A DNA stretch of 63,573 nt, filler included, from an uncultured Methanosarcinales archaeon (GTDB lineage Archaea > Nanobdellota > Nanobdellia > Woesearchaeales > CAZKBD01), in assembly GCA_964550945.1 (NCBI GenBank). It is 5 parts of 5 records of this genome, joined end to end, with 100 filler letters (N's around TTAATTAATTAA, not from the genome) between each part and the next. Parts side by side here need not be neighbours in the genome. Positions count along the whole stretch, not along the records: positions 26,948 to 40,155 come from CAZKBD010000052.1; positions 40,256 to 53,378 come from CAZKBD010000053.1; 3 more parts are not named here. One strand, written 5' to 3'. Below are positions 29,683 through 40,776 of this stretch, one piece after another. A program made the translations under genes and the position numbers. The notes beneath the pieces were generated by a model. That model had not been told where the DNA came from, searched no databases, and saw nothing but the letters and a program-made list of their open reading frames with translations. Numbering within the stretch: the first letter of the stretch is position 1; the number at the start of each line of letters is the position of its first letter.

Positions 29683-30753
29683 TCAAAATTCAGTCAATTT
29701 CTTCGTTTTAGAGCATCCAACAATTGTAGTTTTCCCTTCTTTTCCGCCAGCCAATTTTTCAACAGTCACAAAATTATTCATATTAAGCTTGTTAATCTTC
29801 CTCTGGAATGTCTTATAAGTAGAAGTCCCTCCTTTTTCCTGGTACAATTTATACAAATCACCTATCTTCGAATCAGGATTTTCTCTTACAATGCCTAGAA
29901 TGAAATTCTCATCTTCCTCTAAATCAGTTGATTTTTTAATGCTGAACTCATCCAGTTTATTGATGGCTTCTTTTGCATACTCTATATTTATCTTTTTAGA
30001 GCTTTTATTCTCAGCCGCTAAGCCAGATTCCCTCATCAAATAAAGGCCAGCTCTTATGTCTTCCAGCTCTGCTGCCTTGTTGGCAACCAGCTCAAAGGCA
30101 TCATCTTCCCACACTCCGGGAACAAAAGCATAATCCCTTCTCTGCTTCAATATCCCTTTGGTTTCCTTTGCATCATAAGGCTTAAACTCAAGCAGCTCAG
30201 CAGTCAGCCTTGATTTAATCCTGTGGTCTAATTCATCAATATAACCTTTATAATTTGTTATCAAGATTATAGATTTCCTGTAAATTTCCTCAAGAATAGT
30301 GTACATAAAATCAAAATCCTGCAATTTATCAATCTCGTCAAAACAGAATACAGCAGCTTTCTTGTTAAGCATTTGCTTCACAACCTCAAACAAATCTTCG
30401 GTGCTTTTATTTAATGTAAACTTGTATCCAACAGCATCGCAGATCTCAAGAATTATCTTATAACTAGTATTCTTTTGCCAGCAATTTATATATATAGGAA
30501 TTACATCTTCTGTCGTTTCTTCCAGCTCATTAAATATATGCTTGCATGCAACAGTTTTTCCAATGCCTGGCTTTCCATGGATAAAAATATTCTTTCCATT
30601 CCTTTGCTGAAGCAAGGGCTTTATGCAATTAGCGACATACTTCTGTTGAGCCTCTCTATAAGGGATCAGTTTAGGAATAAAATTGTAGTCTAGAGCAAGG
30701 TCATTCTTAAATAAAGATTCATTCGCGCTTAAAATATCCTTGAATATTGCCAT
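29683..30753 (-). CDS. cdc6: Cdc6/Orc1-family AAA+ protein
   Basis: LDYNFIPKLIPYRE, GKPGIGKT, YINC, FDEID, FKPY, DIR motifs. Confidence 0.88.
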   Translation of the reverse strand: MAIFKDILSANESLFKNDLALDYNFIPKLIPYREAQQKYVANCIKPLLQQRNGKNIFIHGKPGIGKTVACKHIFNELEETTEDVIPIYINCWQKNTSYKIILEICDAVGYKFTLNKSTEDLFEVVKQMLNKKAAVFCFDEIDKLQDFDFMYTILEEIYRKSIILITNYKGYIDELDHRIKSRLTAELLEFKPYDAKETKGILKQRRDYAFVPGVWEDDAFELVANKAAELEDIRAGLYLMRESGLAAENKSSKKINIEYAKEAINKLDEFSIKKSTDLEEDENFILGIVRENPDSKIGDLYKLYQEKGGTSTYKTFQRKINKLNMNNFVTVEKLAGGKEGKTTIVGCSKTKKLTEF

Positions 30754-30779
30754 TCTTACATCAATGAATACTTGCTTAT

Positions 30780-31052
30780 TTAAATCTTTTTTCTAATTCC
30801 TTTCTTAAACTCTTTATCAAGGCAGGTTATTTGGTTTTGCAAATATTTTTTGAGCAAAGTCCATTCATACTCTTTAAGGGTCTTGCCCCTATATCTATTA
30901 TAATATTTCTTGTTTAGTGCCTTTGGAGCCTCTTCAAGCTTCATCAATCTTCCTCTCCAAAAGATAAGGGCATAAATATTCCCATTATGAAGCTCGAAAG
31001 GAACATACCAGCCAAAAACCATCACTGCGTAAAAATAGCTAATTTTTCGCAC
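30780..31052 (-). CDS. Hypothetical protein, possibly a gene remnant
   Basis: ORF only; GTG start. Confidence 0.4.
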   Translation of the reverse strand: MRKISYFYAVMVFGWYVPFELHNGNIYALIFWRGRLMKLEEAPKALNKKYYNRYRGKTLKEYEWTLLKKYLQNQITCLDKEFKKGIRKKI

Positions 31053-31076
31053 TTGTAATGCGAAAAATTTATAAAT

Positions 31077-32393
31077 ATGGGCAAATTACAGCTATTTATG
31101 GCTGATTTAACCAGATTATTGAGAGATCAAAGGCAGGAATTAGAAGACGGATTAAAAAACAAAAGAATAATGCCTAGGGAGATAGAAGCCGTATTCAAGA
31201 AAGCCATTAACTCAAGGCTGATTAAGGTAATAAGCGGAATAAGAAGGTCAGGCAAATCCGTATTAATTTACCTTTTATTAAAAGACAAGAATTTCGCGTA
31301 TATGAATTTTGATGATGACCGCATTTCAAATGTGAATACAGATGATGTACTCTCTTCTTTCTATGATATATACGGAAAAGATTTGAAGTATATATTCCTT
31401 GACGAGGTACAAAACCTGGATAACTGGGAATTATTCGTAAACCGCCTTCATAGGGCTGGATTTAACATATTTATTACTGGAAGCAATTCTAAGCTGCTTT
31501 CTAAAGAGCTTGCAACACACCTCACCGGAAGGCATTTAACAATTGAGCTGTTTCCATTCAGCTTCAGGGAGTACTTAAAAGCATCGCAATTCAATGAGGA
31601 TATAAAAACAACAAAAGGAATAAGCCTTCTAAAAAGAGAGTTAAAAAATTATTTGGATTTAGGGGGTTTCCCTGAAATAGTTGCAGATAGTGAGGACCCT
31701 AAGCTGTATATTCGGAATTTATACAGCAAATTGATAGATAGGGATATAATCAATAGGCATGACATATCCTACAAACGGACTTTTAAGGAGATCTCAATAG
31801 CTGTCCTTAGCAACCCTTCCAAACCAATAAGCTACAACAAATTAAAGAATCAATTCAATTTAGGAAGCGAACACACAGTAAAAAATTATTTGTCTTATTT
31901 AGAAGAGGCTTACCTTATATTCTTGATTGATAGGTTCTCTTTCAAGCCGCAGGAAATAGAAAAGAGCGAGAAAAAGGTATACGCAATAGACACAGGGATA
32001 ATCCATAGTATAGGGCTAAGGTTTAGTGATGATATAGGAAGGATATATGAGAATGTAGTTGCAATAGAGCTTATGAGGATAAAGGCCCGGGATTCAGATA
32101 TTGATATATACTATTGGAAGAATACAGGCCATGAAGAAGTGGATTTTGCAGTCAAAAAAGGGATTAAAGTAGTACAACTAATACAGGTGTGCTTTAACAT
32201 TGATAATCCAAAAACTAAAGATAGGGAGATTAGGGCGCTTTTAAAAGCAAAAGATGAAACTAAATGCGATAATCTACTAATATTGACTGAGGATTATGAA
32301 GCTCAAGAAGAGATGGAATGGTTTGGATTTAAGGGAAAGATAAAATTTATGCCGTTATGGAAATGGCTAATCCAAAAAAATTATGCCTACTGA
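31077..32393 (+). CDS. AAA_14/DUF4143 ATPase
   Basis: GIRRSGKS, LDEVQ, TGSNS, GGFPE, KVYAIDTG, EVDF, PLWKWL. Confidence 0.92.
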   Translation: MGKLQLFMADLTRLLRDQRQELEDGLKNKRIMPREIEAVFKKAINSRLIKVISGIRRSGKSVLIYLLLKDKNFAYMNFDDDRISNVNTDDVLSSFYDIYGKDLKYIFLDEVQNLDNWELFVNRLHRAGFNIFITGSNSKLLSKELATHLTGRHLTIELFPFSFREYLKASQFNEDIKTTKGISLLKRELKNYLDLGGFPEIVADSEDPKLYIRNLYSKLIDRDIINRHDISYKRTFKEISIAVLSNPSKPISYNKLKNQFNLGSEHTVKNYLSYLEEAYLIFLIDRFSFKPQEIEKSEKKVYAIDTGIIHSIGLRFSDDIGRIYENVVAIELMRIKARDSDIDIYYWKNTGHEEVDFAVKKGIKVVQLIQVCFNIDNPKTKDREIRALLKAKDETKCDNLLILTEDYEAQEEMEWFGFKGKIKFMPLWKWLIQKNYAY

Positions 32394-32577
32394 TCCTTTG
32401 CAGTTTCTAGCTTAGTTCAGCCATTATGTTGGTATAATGTTATCATATTATTACTCTGTTATTTGTATCATACTAACTATATTTTCTAAACTATACTTTC
32501 AATAACAACTATATATATACCCTAAAATAGAGTGTGTGATAAAAGGGATATTTATTCCCTAAACAAGAGGTGTTAAA

Positions 32578-33657
32578 ATGGAAGGTAAAAAAATGAGACA
32601 TGACAAGCATCATGTTTTGGCGATTATTTCTATTGTTGCTGTTGTTGCGATTGTTGCAATTGTAAGCTTTTTTGTTGGAAGAGGAAGCACTAGTTCTGGT
32701 GCTGCTGCTGAATTTGGGCAGGCTGATTTAGCAGGGCAAGCATATAACCCAAATACTCCCATTGCAGGCACTGATACAGTGACTGGTAATCTTGTTGTGC
32801 CGTCTGGGAAGGTAGGTATAGGGACAACTTCTCCAGCTGCGCTTTTAGAAGTAGGAAGCAATAATTACGCAGGACCAGCATATGTTCGTGTTAATTCTGC
32901 AGCTGAAAGAGTAGCTGGTGTTCAATGGGCATCAGCAGGAATTCCGATATGGTGGTTATATAAAACTAATGACAATTCAAATAAACTTCTGTTAGGATAT
33001 GGATCACCATCTACTACCTTAATGACGTTTACATCTAATGGTAATGTTGGGATTGGAACAACAACTCCAGCAGCAAAGTTGGATGTTAATGGGAACATAA
33101 CGACCGGGAACATAACATCTTCAGGAACGATTTGTGATAAAAACGGATGCATTGGAAGTGGAGGAAGTAGCGGTTCTGCTGGCTGGACAGAATCAAGTGG
33201 AGTGACTTCTACGAATAATAATGTTGGAATTGGAACAACAACCCCTCCAACAGCAAAGTTGGAAGTTAAAGGAGGGGGTATAATCTGGGATGGCAGTTTT
33301 TCTGCTAAAACTACGGCTACACAAAATAAAAGAGTATTTTTTAATGCTGACTGTGGTGACTATTACACCTATAACGGTCCTTGCGTTTATTTGACTGACT
33401 ACTATGATTCTTCAACAAAGGTCTTGTACTTAACTCCACATAATATCCGATTCAGAGATGGAACTTGGGGAAAGGAAACTTTAATAGATTATACTAAAAT
33501 TACAATCAGTAAAGTAGATGGTACTGGATCAGATATAGCTGAATTAGGCATAGATGGATTAACAATAAGCAAATTAGCAGGATCAGGTTATGCAAAGGCG
33601 TGCATTGATGCTAATGGGCAGTTATGTAGGAATGGTGTTGGCAGCTGTTCTTGTTAA
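32578..33657 (+). CDS. Membrane-anchored fibre-like protein
   Basis: N-terminal TM; three VGIGTTxP..KLxV repeats. Confidence 0.75.
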   Translation: MEGKKMRHDKHHVLAIISIVAVVAIVAIVSFFVGRGSTSSGAAAEFGQADLAGQAYNPNTPIAGTDTVTGNLVVPSGKVGIGTTSPAALLEVGSNNYAGPAYVRVNSAAERVAGVQWASAGIPIWWLYKTNDNSNKLLLGYGSPSTTLMTFTSNGNVGIGTTTPAAKLDVNGNITTGNITSSGTICDKNGCIGSGGSSGSAGWTESSGVTSTNNNVGIGTTTPPTAKLEVKGGGIIWDGSFSAKTTATQNKRVFFNADCGDYYTYNGPCVYLTDYYDSSTKVLYLTPHNIRFRDGTWGKETLIDYTKITISKVDGTGSDIAELGIDGLTISKLAGSGYAKACIDANGQLCRNGVGSCSC

Positions 33658-33683
33658 TCCTTTTTTTCTCTTTCTTTTTATTA

Positions 33684-33968
33684 TCATCTAATCCTTGCGC
33701 CACAGAAGTGGCAATAATCTCCTTCATAATTAATTTGAGCTCCACAAAATGGGCAAAATCTCTGATGATGCCCCTGAGCAGCAGGTTGTTTCTGCTTGAC
33801 AACTCTCTCTTTGGACATTGCTGCAAATATTAATTTAAAGATGCCAACCATAATTAACACTAAACCAGCATAAATAAACAATACTAATTTCTGTTTATCA
33901 ATGTAATAAGAAGCAGCTGCTACTAAGCAACCAATAATCAGATAAGCGATTCCATGGATTTTTACCAT
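33684..33968 (-). CDS. Membrane protein with zinc ribbon
   Basis: Two TMs; CPFCG...CHFCG. Confidence 0.8.
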   Translation of the reverse strand: MVKIHGIAYLIIGCLVAAASYYIDKQKLVLFIYAGLVLIMVGIFKLIFAAMSKERVVKQKQPAAQGHHQRFCPFCGAQINYEGDYCHFCGARIR

Positions 33969-33971
33969 TTT

Positions 33972-34121
33972 TTATTGCTTGCGCACTTTCTTAGATTTCT
34001 TCTTTTCTTCTGGCGCAAACTCCTCAACTATTGCGCCGCAGTCATTGCAGATTATCTGATTCAATTCTTTCTTAGCAAACACCTTATCGCTTCCGCATTC
34101 CGGGCATTCTTTTTGCTTCAT
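33972..34121 (-). CDS. TFIIB-type zinc-ribbon small protein
   Basis: CPECGS...ICNDCG; ATG 34121 overlaps the lon stop. Confidence 0.75.
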   Translation of the reverse strand: MKQKECPECGSDKVFAKKELNQIICNDCGAIVEEFAPEEKKKSKKVRKQ

Positions 34122-35482
34122 TTTGTTTTCAAAATCTTCCTTAATATATCTTCCTTGCCTTTCCATACTAATGCTTCTTTCAAAACCTCTCCAATAGTTT
34201 CAACCGCTATTATCCTTACTTTGCCTAATTTTTTCGGTTCGACAATAATATCCTGGAGATTGGATTTAGGAACAATGATATTCTTAATGCCAGCTTCAAT
34301 AGCAGCCTCAACCTTTGATGTTACGCCTCCAATAGGCAATACATCTCCTCTGACAGATAACGAGCCAGTCATTGCCGTATTCTGCTTTATAGGTATGTTC
34401 TTAAATGCAGATATCACAGATGTTGCAACAGCAATAGAGGCAGAATCGCCCTCAACTCCTTCATATGTTTGTAAAAACTGCACATATATATCATATTTTT
34501 CCTTTAAATCCTCGCCAAAATACATTTTTATTATTGCAGAGACATTCTTTATAGCTTCTTTTGCAATCTCTCCTAGCTTACCAGTTGCTATTATCTCTCT
34601 TTCCTTGCCTCCAGGCGTTACTTGGCTTTCAATAGGCAATATTATCCCTGAATAAGCCTCTTCTCCTCCGATAACAGCTAATCCATTAACTCTGCCAATT
34701 TTATTGCCTTCTGTGATAATAACTTCATATTCTTTTTTCCTTTCAATATATTTGTCAGCAAGTTGCTTTTCCAAAGTTCTAGCAATCTTCTTGGATTCTT
34801 TTATATGCTCTTTTTCAACAGTCTTCGCTCCTTTTTCCTTTGCTAAATCTCCTGCTGCCCTGATCAATCCTCCAAGTTCCCTTAGCCTTAAAGTAAGATG
34901 GCCTTTCCTGTTTGCCATCCTTCTAGCTAACTCAATTATATCATCAACAGCATCCTTTGAAAATGGAGGGATCCTTTTATCCTTAGCAACTTCTTGCGCA
35001 ACAAATATCGCTATCTTATTCCTATTTTCTTCTGTGTCAATCATTGTTTCGTTCATATAGACTTCATAACCATACCCCCTTATTCTTGATCTCAGCGCAG
35101 GATGCATATGCCTTATTGTCTCTAGATTTCCAGCAGCAATCAAAATAAAATCGCAAGGAACCGGCTCTGTATGCACCATTGCTCCAGCACTTCTTTCACT
35201 CTGTCCAGTTATTGAAAATTTTCTCTCTTGCAATGCAGATAATAACTCTTGTTGCGTATGAGGCTCTAATGTCGCAATCTCATCAACAAATAACACGCCT
35301 TGATTTGCTTTGTGGATCATTCCAGCTACAACCCTTTCATGAGCTGGTGTTCCTAGGCCTCCTGAGTTTTTGCATAACATGCCGTTAACTATCACATTTC
35401 CAGAACTAGTTGTAACATTGTACAACTTACCTTTATAATTGATTTTTTCTACTTTTATTACTTTTTGCTTTGTGAGTTTCAT
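34118..35482 (-). CDS. lonB: LonB C-terminal part preceded by a 39-aa C-intein
   Basis: MKLTKQKV...LYNVTT...[30 protein letters not shown] catalytic Ser; PIGGVTSK. Confidence 0.93.
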   Translation of the reverse strand: MKLTKQKVIKVEKINYKGKLYNVTTSSGNVIVNGMLCKNSGGLGTPAHERVVAGMIHKANQGVLFVDEIATLEPHTQQELLSALQERKFSITGQSERSAGAMVHTEPVPCDFILIAAGNLETIRHMHPALRSRIRGYGYEVYMNETMIDTEENRNKIAIFVAQEVAKDKRIPPFSKDAVDDIIELARRMANRKGHLTLRLRELGGLIRAAGDLAKEKGAKTVEKEHIKESKKIARTLEKQLADKYIERKKEYEVIITEGNKIGRVNGLAVIGGEEAYSGIILPIESQVTPGGKEREIIATGKLGEIAKEAIKNVSAIIKMYFGEDLKEKYDIYVQFLQTYEGVEGDSASIAVATSVISAFKNIPIKQNTAMTGSLSVRGDVLPIGGVTSKVEAAIEAGIKNIIVPKSNLQDIIVEPKKLGKVRIIAVETIGEVLKEALVWKGKEDILRKILKTK

Positions 35483-36906
35483 GCTTCAGCTTTTTTTAGT
35501 ACGAATCTTTTATTGTTCAAAATTTCATATAGTGAATTTGGCGTTAAATTTAATAATTTCATGCAAGTCTCTGCCCCATAGCCTCGTTCAAGCAACTCTT
35601 CATATCTGCTTCTTTTTATTCTTAAGAATTCATTAATTGTGCTAATTAATTTCTCTTTTTTATAAAAACAGTAGTTCACCTTCATTTTCCTTATGAACAC
35701 TAGTAAATTATCAATTTTGGTCGATATCAACAGCCTATACAAGTACACCTTTTCGGTATGTGTTTTCCTCTTTATGATGGAAGTAGTTTTAATTCCCTTG
35801 CTTCCCAAGAATGCCTTTATTTTATGCATAAATTCGTATCGATTTTTTTCCAAGTCTTCGGTCCCGGTTATAGCTATATCAAACGTATTCAGATAAAATT
35901 TGTTCACGTGGACTTTAGGAATACCAACCTCTCCACCAAAAATTGAACCAAAGAATTGATCTTGAAACTCATCTTTTAAATATACCCAATCTGGGATTTC
36001 AAGTTCTAATGAAGATTTATTCCCTCTTGGAGCTCCCAACGCCAAGAAAAACCTTATAACCTTCCTATTAGTATTTTGGTAACACCACGAATGCCCTTTT
36101 TCTCCGCCCTCTATTACTCTTGAGTTCTTATTCAATCCAAAGATGTTTTCAATATCTTTCCCAAATTCTTTTACTGCTTCTAACTCTGAACTTGATAAAA
36201 AAATGCCATTTAAATTATCAAAGATTCCTCCATCCCCATATGTAGTTCCGAGAACTCGTGTAATTAAGAGTAATCTTTGATTATCGAGTTTTAATGGTAA
36301 TAATCCTTTTTCTTTTAACCAGTTTGCTGCCTGTATTGGAACAGGGATATGCTTTTTTGCATGCCACCATCTAGTCTTCCCTATTTTCTGACCCATGGCT
36401 TTTGCAATTCTCTTATATCCCCAAGTAGGATTTTGTGCTTTGATATCCAAATAATTGTAATACAATCTGCATTGTTCTTGTTGTCTTTCATCGTAAGTAT
36501 TTATTATATCCTGTTCATCAATTATAACATCCTCTGATTTAGAGATAACATCATCATCGGCTCTGATATCTCTTGCTTCCCTATAATCAATCTTCCCATT
36601 CTTATTGATAGCTATCTTATGTTCTGGGGTTACAATAAGTTCTTTATTTTCGGAAGTTGTTAGTTTTATCATTTTACCATTGTAATCATATCTGTTGCAT
36701 GATAAAACTTCAACTGGAGAAACTGAACCGTTTGTTTCACCTAGAACAGACAGCGCATTTTTTGGAAGAAATATTGCTTGGTAATTGTTCTGCCTCTCTA
36801 TTTTCTCGCTATGGTTGGAAAATAGGAGGTCAATTTCTCGCCCAATCTCGACATTTGTCATGCTACCCTCTCCTACTTTTGTAATTACTTGAGAAGGACA
36901 AAAAGT
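35366..36906 (-). mobile_element. Intein with LAGLIDADG endonuclease, split across two ORFs
   Basis: Inserted at HDPFQ/SGG; block [17 protein letters not shown] and FGSIFGGEV motifs; terminal KN followed by Ser. Confidence 0.9.
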
Positions 36907-37521
36907 TTGGAAAGGATCATGAAGCACATCGCCAAGAAGAGCGCCAGCATGCGCTCCTGTTGCATCCCAAAAAGGCGCTTGTTTTTTGTTGTAGTTATCT
37001 ACTATTACCTTGGGATTCTTGGTCTTATTATCCATCCTCTTGCCTAAATTAAGGAATATGATAAATGCTGCCAAAAATATCATGCCGCCAAGGAAAAAAG
37101 CAGCAAACATTACATCACTATTGTAATAAGACCTAACCCACCACGGAGCAATCATTGCAAATATCACTAAAATAAACATGAATACATTCTGGTTTTTGAA
37201 AAGATTCATGCCCTCAATTCTAGAGCGCATAACTAATTCTCTGCCTTTGCCAGCTGGAACAGTCCTGATTAAAGGCTGGTTTTCATCATTTGGATTAGGG
37301 AATGAAACCACATCAACCAATTTTTCCTTGGGCATTAGCTCTGCTAGACCAATGCCTAACATGGATTTTCCTGTTCCAGGCGCGCCAATCAAAAGAACAT
37401 GCCTGTGCTGCAGAGCAGCCTTTTTGATTACCTCAACCGCATCATCCTGGCCAATAACCTGGTCTATTATATTTTTCTGGACCTTGATGTCCTTTGTTGA
37501 TTTAAACTTAAGTTGCGCCAT
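35479..37521 (-). CDS. lonB: LonB N-terminal part (205 aa) fused to N-intein + LAGLIDADG
   Basis: [16 protein letters not shown], two TMs, [20 protein letters not shown] followed by intein sequence. Confidence 0.93.
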   Translation of the reverse strand: MAQLKFKSTKDIKVQKNIIDQVIGQDDAVEVIKKAALQHRHVLLIGAPGTGKSMLGIGLAELMPKEKLVDVVSFPNPNDENQPLIRTVPAGKGRELVMRSRIEGMNLFKNQNVFMFILVIFAMIAPWWVRSYYNSDVMFAAFFLGGMIFLAAFIIFLNLGKRMDNKTKNPKVIVDNYNKKQAPFWDATGAHAGALLGDVLHDPFQTFCPSQVITKVGEGSMTNVEIGREIDLLFSNHSEKIERQNNYQAIFLPKNALSVLGETNGSVSPVEVLSCNRYDYNGKMIKLTTSENKELIVTPEHKIAINKNGKIDYREARDIRADDDVISKSEDVIIDEQDIINTYDERQQEQCRLYYNYLDIKAQNPTWGYKRIAKAMGQKIGKTRWWHAKKHIPVPIQAANWLKEKGLLPLKLDNQRLLLITRVLGTTYGDGGIFDNLNGIFLSSSELEAVKEFGKDIENIFGLNKNSRVIEGGEKGHSWCYQNTNRKVIRFFLALGAPRGNKSSLELEIPDWVYLKDEFQDQFFGSIFGGEVGIPKVHVNKFYLNTFDIAITGTEDLEKNRYEFMHKIKAFLGSKGIKTTSIIKRKTHTEKVYLYRLLISTKIDNLLVFIRKMKVNYCFYKKEKLISTINEFLRIKRSRYEELLERGYGAETCMKLLNLTPNSLYEILNNKRFVLKKAEA

Positions 37522-37564
37522 ATATATTCTAAATTATACATAACTATTTAAAAAAGTTTGTGTT

Positions 37565-37927
37565 TTGTTTGAAATGATGAATGAAAAAACCTTGTTGATA
37601 ACAGCCCTGATCTGCTCAATCATTGGCCTTGCATTATTATTTTTTATTTCTGGCAGCATCCCAATAAGCGAAAAAACCATCAATGAGCTTAACAAAAATA
37701 ATCTTGATGAGGTTGTTAAGGTTAAAGGCACTGTAACAAATATGATCAACACCAGCAAAGTCACAATAATTGAGATAACCCAGCCGCAAAGCACATCTAT
37801 CGTCCTGTTTAACGATAAAACCAAGGTTGGGCTTAGCAAAGGAGATTACATAGAAGCTATAGGCAAAGTGGCAGAATACAATGGTAAGATGGAACTGATA
37901 GGCCAAAGAGTAAGGGTTATAGGCTAG
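37565..37927 (+). CDS. Membrane-anchored OB-fold protein
   Basis: N-terminal TM; VKVKGTV...GDYIEAIGKVAEYNGKMEL. Confidence 0.78.
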   Translation: MFEMMNEKTLLITALICSIIGLALLFFISGSIPISEKTINELNKNNLDEVVKVKGTVTNMINTSKVTIIEITQPQSTSIVLFNDKTKVGLSKGDYIEAIGKVAEYNGKMELIGQRVRVIG

Positions 37928-37932
37928 CTTTG

Positions 37933-38145
37933 TTATTTGTTATGTTCTACTTTAATTATCTCTATAAACGCTTTGACAATAGAAACAAACGAGAAAAACA
38001 TCACCAGATAATCTTCTGTGTAATATGGAAGCCCGATATCCATAACCGACTCTTTCCTGGATAGCTTATAGAATGCCCATACGAATATAACAAAGAAAAT
38101 CAGCATGAGCATTAGAAATGCTCCCAGCGCTTTTCTGCGGTACAT
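37933..38145 (-). CDS. Small membrane protein
   Basis: 70 aa, two TMs. Confidence 0.6.
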   Translation of the reverse strand: MYRRKALGAFLMLMLIFFVIFVWAFYKLSRKESVMDIGLPYYTEDYLVMFFSFVSIVKAFIEIIKVEHNK

Positions 38146-38430
38146 CTAACCCTCCAGGTTTATAGCTCCGCTTCCAGACAATCTTTTAAATCCTTTTATA
38201 AGGTGTATTCTATTCTTAATTGTATCATATATTTCTTCAAACTCAGCAGGCGTTAGTTCCACTATTCCAGAAGAAGTCTCATTCCTAAACCCAAGAGCGA
38301 TTGACTCATTTCTTGGGTTCAATATATCCTCATTGATCATTACTTCCATTAACTCTGTTTTGTTTTCAATTCGCAAAGAATTACCCTTAAGCACAGATTT
38401 TAATTTTATTATCATCTTAACCTCCCCCAA
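38146..38430 (-). CDS. Hypothetical protein
   Basis: ORF abutting the downstream gene. Confidence 0.6.
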   Translation of the reverse strand: MGEVKMIIKLKSVLKGNSLRIENKTELMEVMINEDILNPRNESIALGFRNETSSGIVELTPAEFEEIYDTIKNRIHLIKGFKRLSGSGAINLEG

Positions 38431-38586
38431 GAAAAATAATATTTCTTATTTATTTAAATGTTTCTATTTTAAAATAGTAATTTTAATGCGCAAATGCAGA
38501 ACAATAATACCCAAATCTTCAAATATAACCTAAAATAGTAAACTATTTAAATTACTTAAAGAAACTGGTTTTGGAGGGGGATATCT

Positions 38587-39312
38587 ATGGAAATAAAAAA
38601 AATATTTTCAACAAAAAGAATTGTATTCTTATTGGTGTTTATGGCAATGGTGTTTATAGGAAATAAAATAAACTTTTCAGCAGTGGTTGGAGCTAACAAC
38701 CAATACTTTACTTTGTTCCAGTTCTTTGGCCCGATTGCTGGTTCTTTCTTAGGCCCAATTTTTGGAACAATAGCTGTTTTATTCGCTGAGATAACTGATT
38801 TTTTTGTGGTTGGCAAATCATTTACATTAATCAACATTATAAGGCTGACACCAATGCTGTTTGCAGCTTATTATTTTGGCACTAAGAAGAAAAGCATCAG
38901 CATAATTGTGCCTTTAGTAGCTATGGCTGCTTTTATGCTTCATCCGATTGGAAGGCAAGTGTGGTTTTTTTCACTGTATTGGACCATCCCTATTATTGTG
39001 AAGTTGTTGCCAAAGAAATATTCCGCTAATGTTCTACTAAAAAGCTTAGGAACAACTTTCACAGCACACGCTGTAGGAGGGGCAGCATGGATTTGGACAA
39101 TCCCCATGACAGCTGGCCAATGGGTAGCTTTAATTCCCGTTGTGGCTTATGAAAGATTATTGTTTGCAGCTGGGATAGCAGGCTCTTATGTCTTAGTAAA
39201 TACAGTCTTAGACAGATTAATAGTGAAATTCAAGTGGAATATTCCAACAGGCATATTGCATATAAATAAGAACTATCTGCTGTCCAAGAAACTATTTAGG
39301 CTAAACGCTTAA
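38587..39312 (+). CDS. Multi-pass membrane protein, possibly an ECF S-component
   Basis: About six TMs; GPIAGSFLGPIFG motif. Confidence 0.6.
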   Translation: MEIKKIFSTKRIVFLLVFMAMVFIGNKINFSAVVGANNQYFTLFQFFGPIAGSFLGPIFGTIAVLFAEITDFFVVGKSFTLINIIRLTPMLFAAYYFGTKKKSISIIVPLVAMAAFMLHPIGRQVWFFSLYWTIPIIVKLLPKKYSANVLLKSLGTTFTAHAVGGAAWIWTIPMTAGQWVALIPVVAYERLLFAAGIAGSYVLVNTVLDRLIVKFKWNIPTGILHINKNYLLSKKLFRLNA

Positions 39313-39365
39313 TTTTTTCTTTTTTATAGCAACATTTTAATACCTTTATTTATTCTCTTTAGCTA

Positions 39366-40034
39366 ATGCAAGCTTTTATCCATAAACTGATCAGCAAGCC
39401 AAAACTAACTAGGACTCAAGTTACAATTATCCTGGCAGGCGTTTATATATTTCTTCAGATGGCAGCAGATATTGCTGCAGTCAAGGTGATTGTCTTAGGT
39501 AAACTTGTTATGGACGCAGGGATAATCTATTCTCTCACTTTTACATGGAGAGATCTTATACATAAGCAGCTTGGAAAAAAAGCAGCTCAAACAGCCATTA
39601 TCCTTGCAGGAGTAATCAATGTAATAATGGTCATGTATTTTATATTTGTAGTAAAACTGCCTCCTGAGTCTTCATGGGCTGCTCTTGGAGGCCAAAAAGC
39701 ATTCGAGTTTGTTTTTGGGATTATCCCTAGAATAGTCATAGCCTCTATCCTTGCAGAAATTGTTTCAGAATTAGTTGATACTGAAGTCTATCAGTGGTGG
39801 GTTAGTCGTATAGAAAAGAAAAAGCCCCAGTGGTTAAGGGTAGTGGTCTCAAACTCAATATCCATCCCCATTGATAGCGTAATATTCCCTGTAGTTGCCT
39901 TTTTTGGAACATTGCCTTTGAATATATTATTTATCATGATGTTAAGCAATATCCTTGCAAAAGCAGTTATTACAGCTTTGTCATTTTGGATGATATATCT
40001 TGTTCCAGAAAAGCCTATTTATGTTGATGATTAA
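39366..40034 (+). CDS. Queuosine precursor transporter (YhhQ/VUT family)
   Basis: ADIAAVK, TFTWRDLIH..LGKK, PRIVIASILA..VSELVD, SIPIDSVIF. Confidence 0.88.
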   Translation: MQAFIHKLISKPKLTRTQVTIILAGVYIFLQMAADIAAVKVIVLGKLVMDAGIIYSLTFTWRDLIHKQLGKKAAQTAIILAGVINVIMVMYFIFVVKLPPESSWAALGGQKAFEFVFGIIPRIVIASILAEIVSELVDTEVYQWWVSRIEKKKPQWLRVVVSNSISIPIDSVIFPVVAFFGTLPLNILFIMMLSNILAKAVITALSFWMIYLVPEKPIYVDD

Positions 40035-40046
40035 GGGGTTTAACAA

Positions 40047-40155
40047 TTGTTTAGCCACATTATAATCGCTATGTTAGCTGGCATAGTAGCAGGCACAATC
40101 ACAGGCCTAGTTCCAGGCATCCATATAAACTTGGTTAGCTTATTGCTGGTCAGTT
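40047..40155 (+). CDS. TctA-family membrane protein, 5' part cut by contig end
   Basis: MFSHIIIAMLAGIVAGTITGLVPGIHINLV. Confidence 0.75.
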
Positions 40156-40255
40156 NNNNNNNNNNNNNNNNNNNNNNNNNNNNNNNNNNNNNNNNNNNNT
40201 TAATTAATTAANNNNNNNNNNNNNNNNNNNNNNNNNNNNNNNNNNNNNNNNNNNN
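40156..40255. other. Artificial contig linker
   Basis: N-run + TTAATTAATTAA + N-run. Confidence 0.98.
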
Positions 40256-40288
40256 GTTTGAAATAATATAAAAAAAAGAACGAGCTAT

Positions 40289-40717
40289 TTACTCGCCAAT
40301 ATTAGCTTCCACTTTTGGCAGCGGTATTGGAGGCGGCAGATTGATATCCCTGCTTATAATCAAAGCTTGAATATTGCACTTTGACAGGATTGTATTGAGA
40401 ATGGCAGTCATTACATCTTTAGGAATCTTTTTATCTTTCTTCCAGCTGTCAAGAATCTCTTTTGCTTTCTTCTGGTCAGCCATATAAAGAACATCTCCTC
40501 CAAGCAAAATACTGCCTAATTTTGGCTCATACTTTGATGTGAATTCAAATGTGAACTTCAAAGCGTTCTGTTTTTCCTTTCCCAAAGCGAGATTCTTCTC
40601 TTCAACATCCTTTATTGATACATTATTATTAATATTTATCTTGCCTTTTATCCCTTCATCTCTTTCTGCACTCATTTTTGTAAAATTAAATCCAACTATC
40701 ATAGTTATCACCACCAC
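40289..40717 (-). CDS. Hypothetical protein
   Basis: IVGFNFTK...FEFTSKYEP...INLPPPIPLP; beta-rich. Confidence 0.7.
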   Translation of the reverse strand: MVVITMIVGFNFTKMSAERDEGIKGKININNNVSIKDVEEKNLALGKEKQNALKFTFEFTSKYEPKLGSILLGGDVLYMADQKKAKEILDSWKKDKKIPKDVMTAILNTILSKCNIQALIISRDINLPPPIPLPKVEANIGE

Positions 40718-40776
40718 TAAGGTTTTGTTGGTTATTTATAAATTTTTCTAGTTTTGGTTTACTACTAATTGCAATA

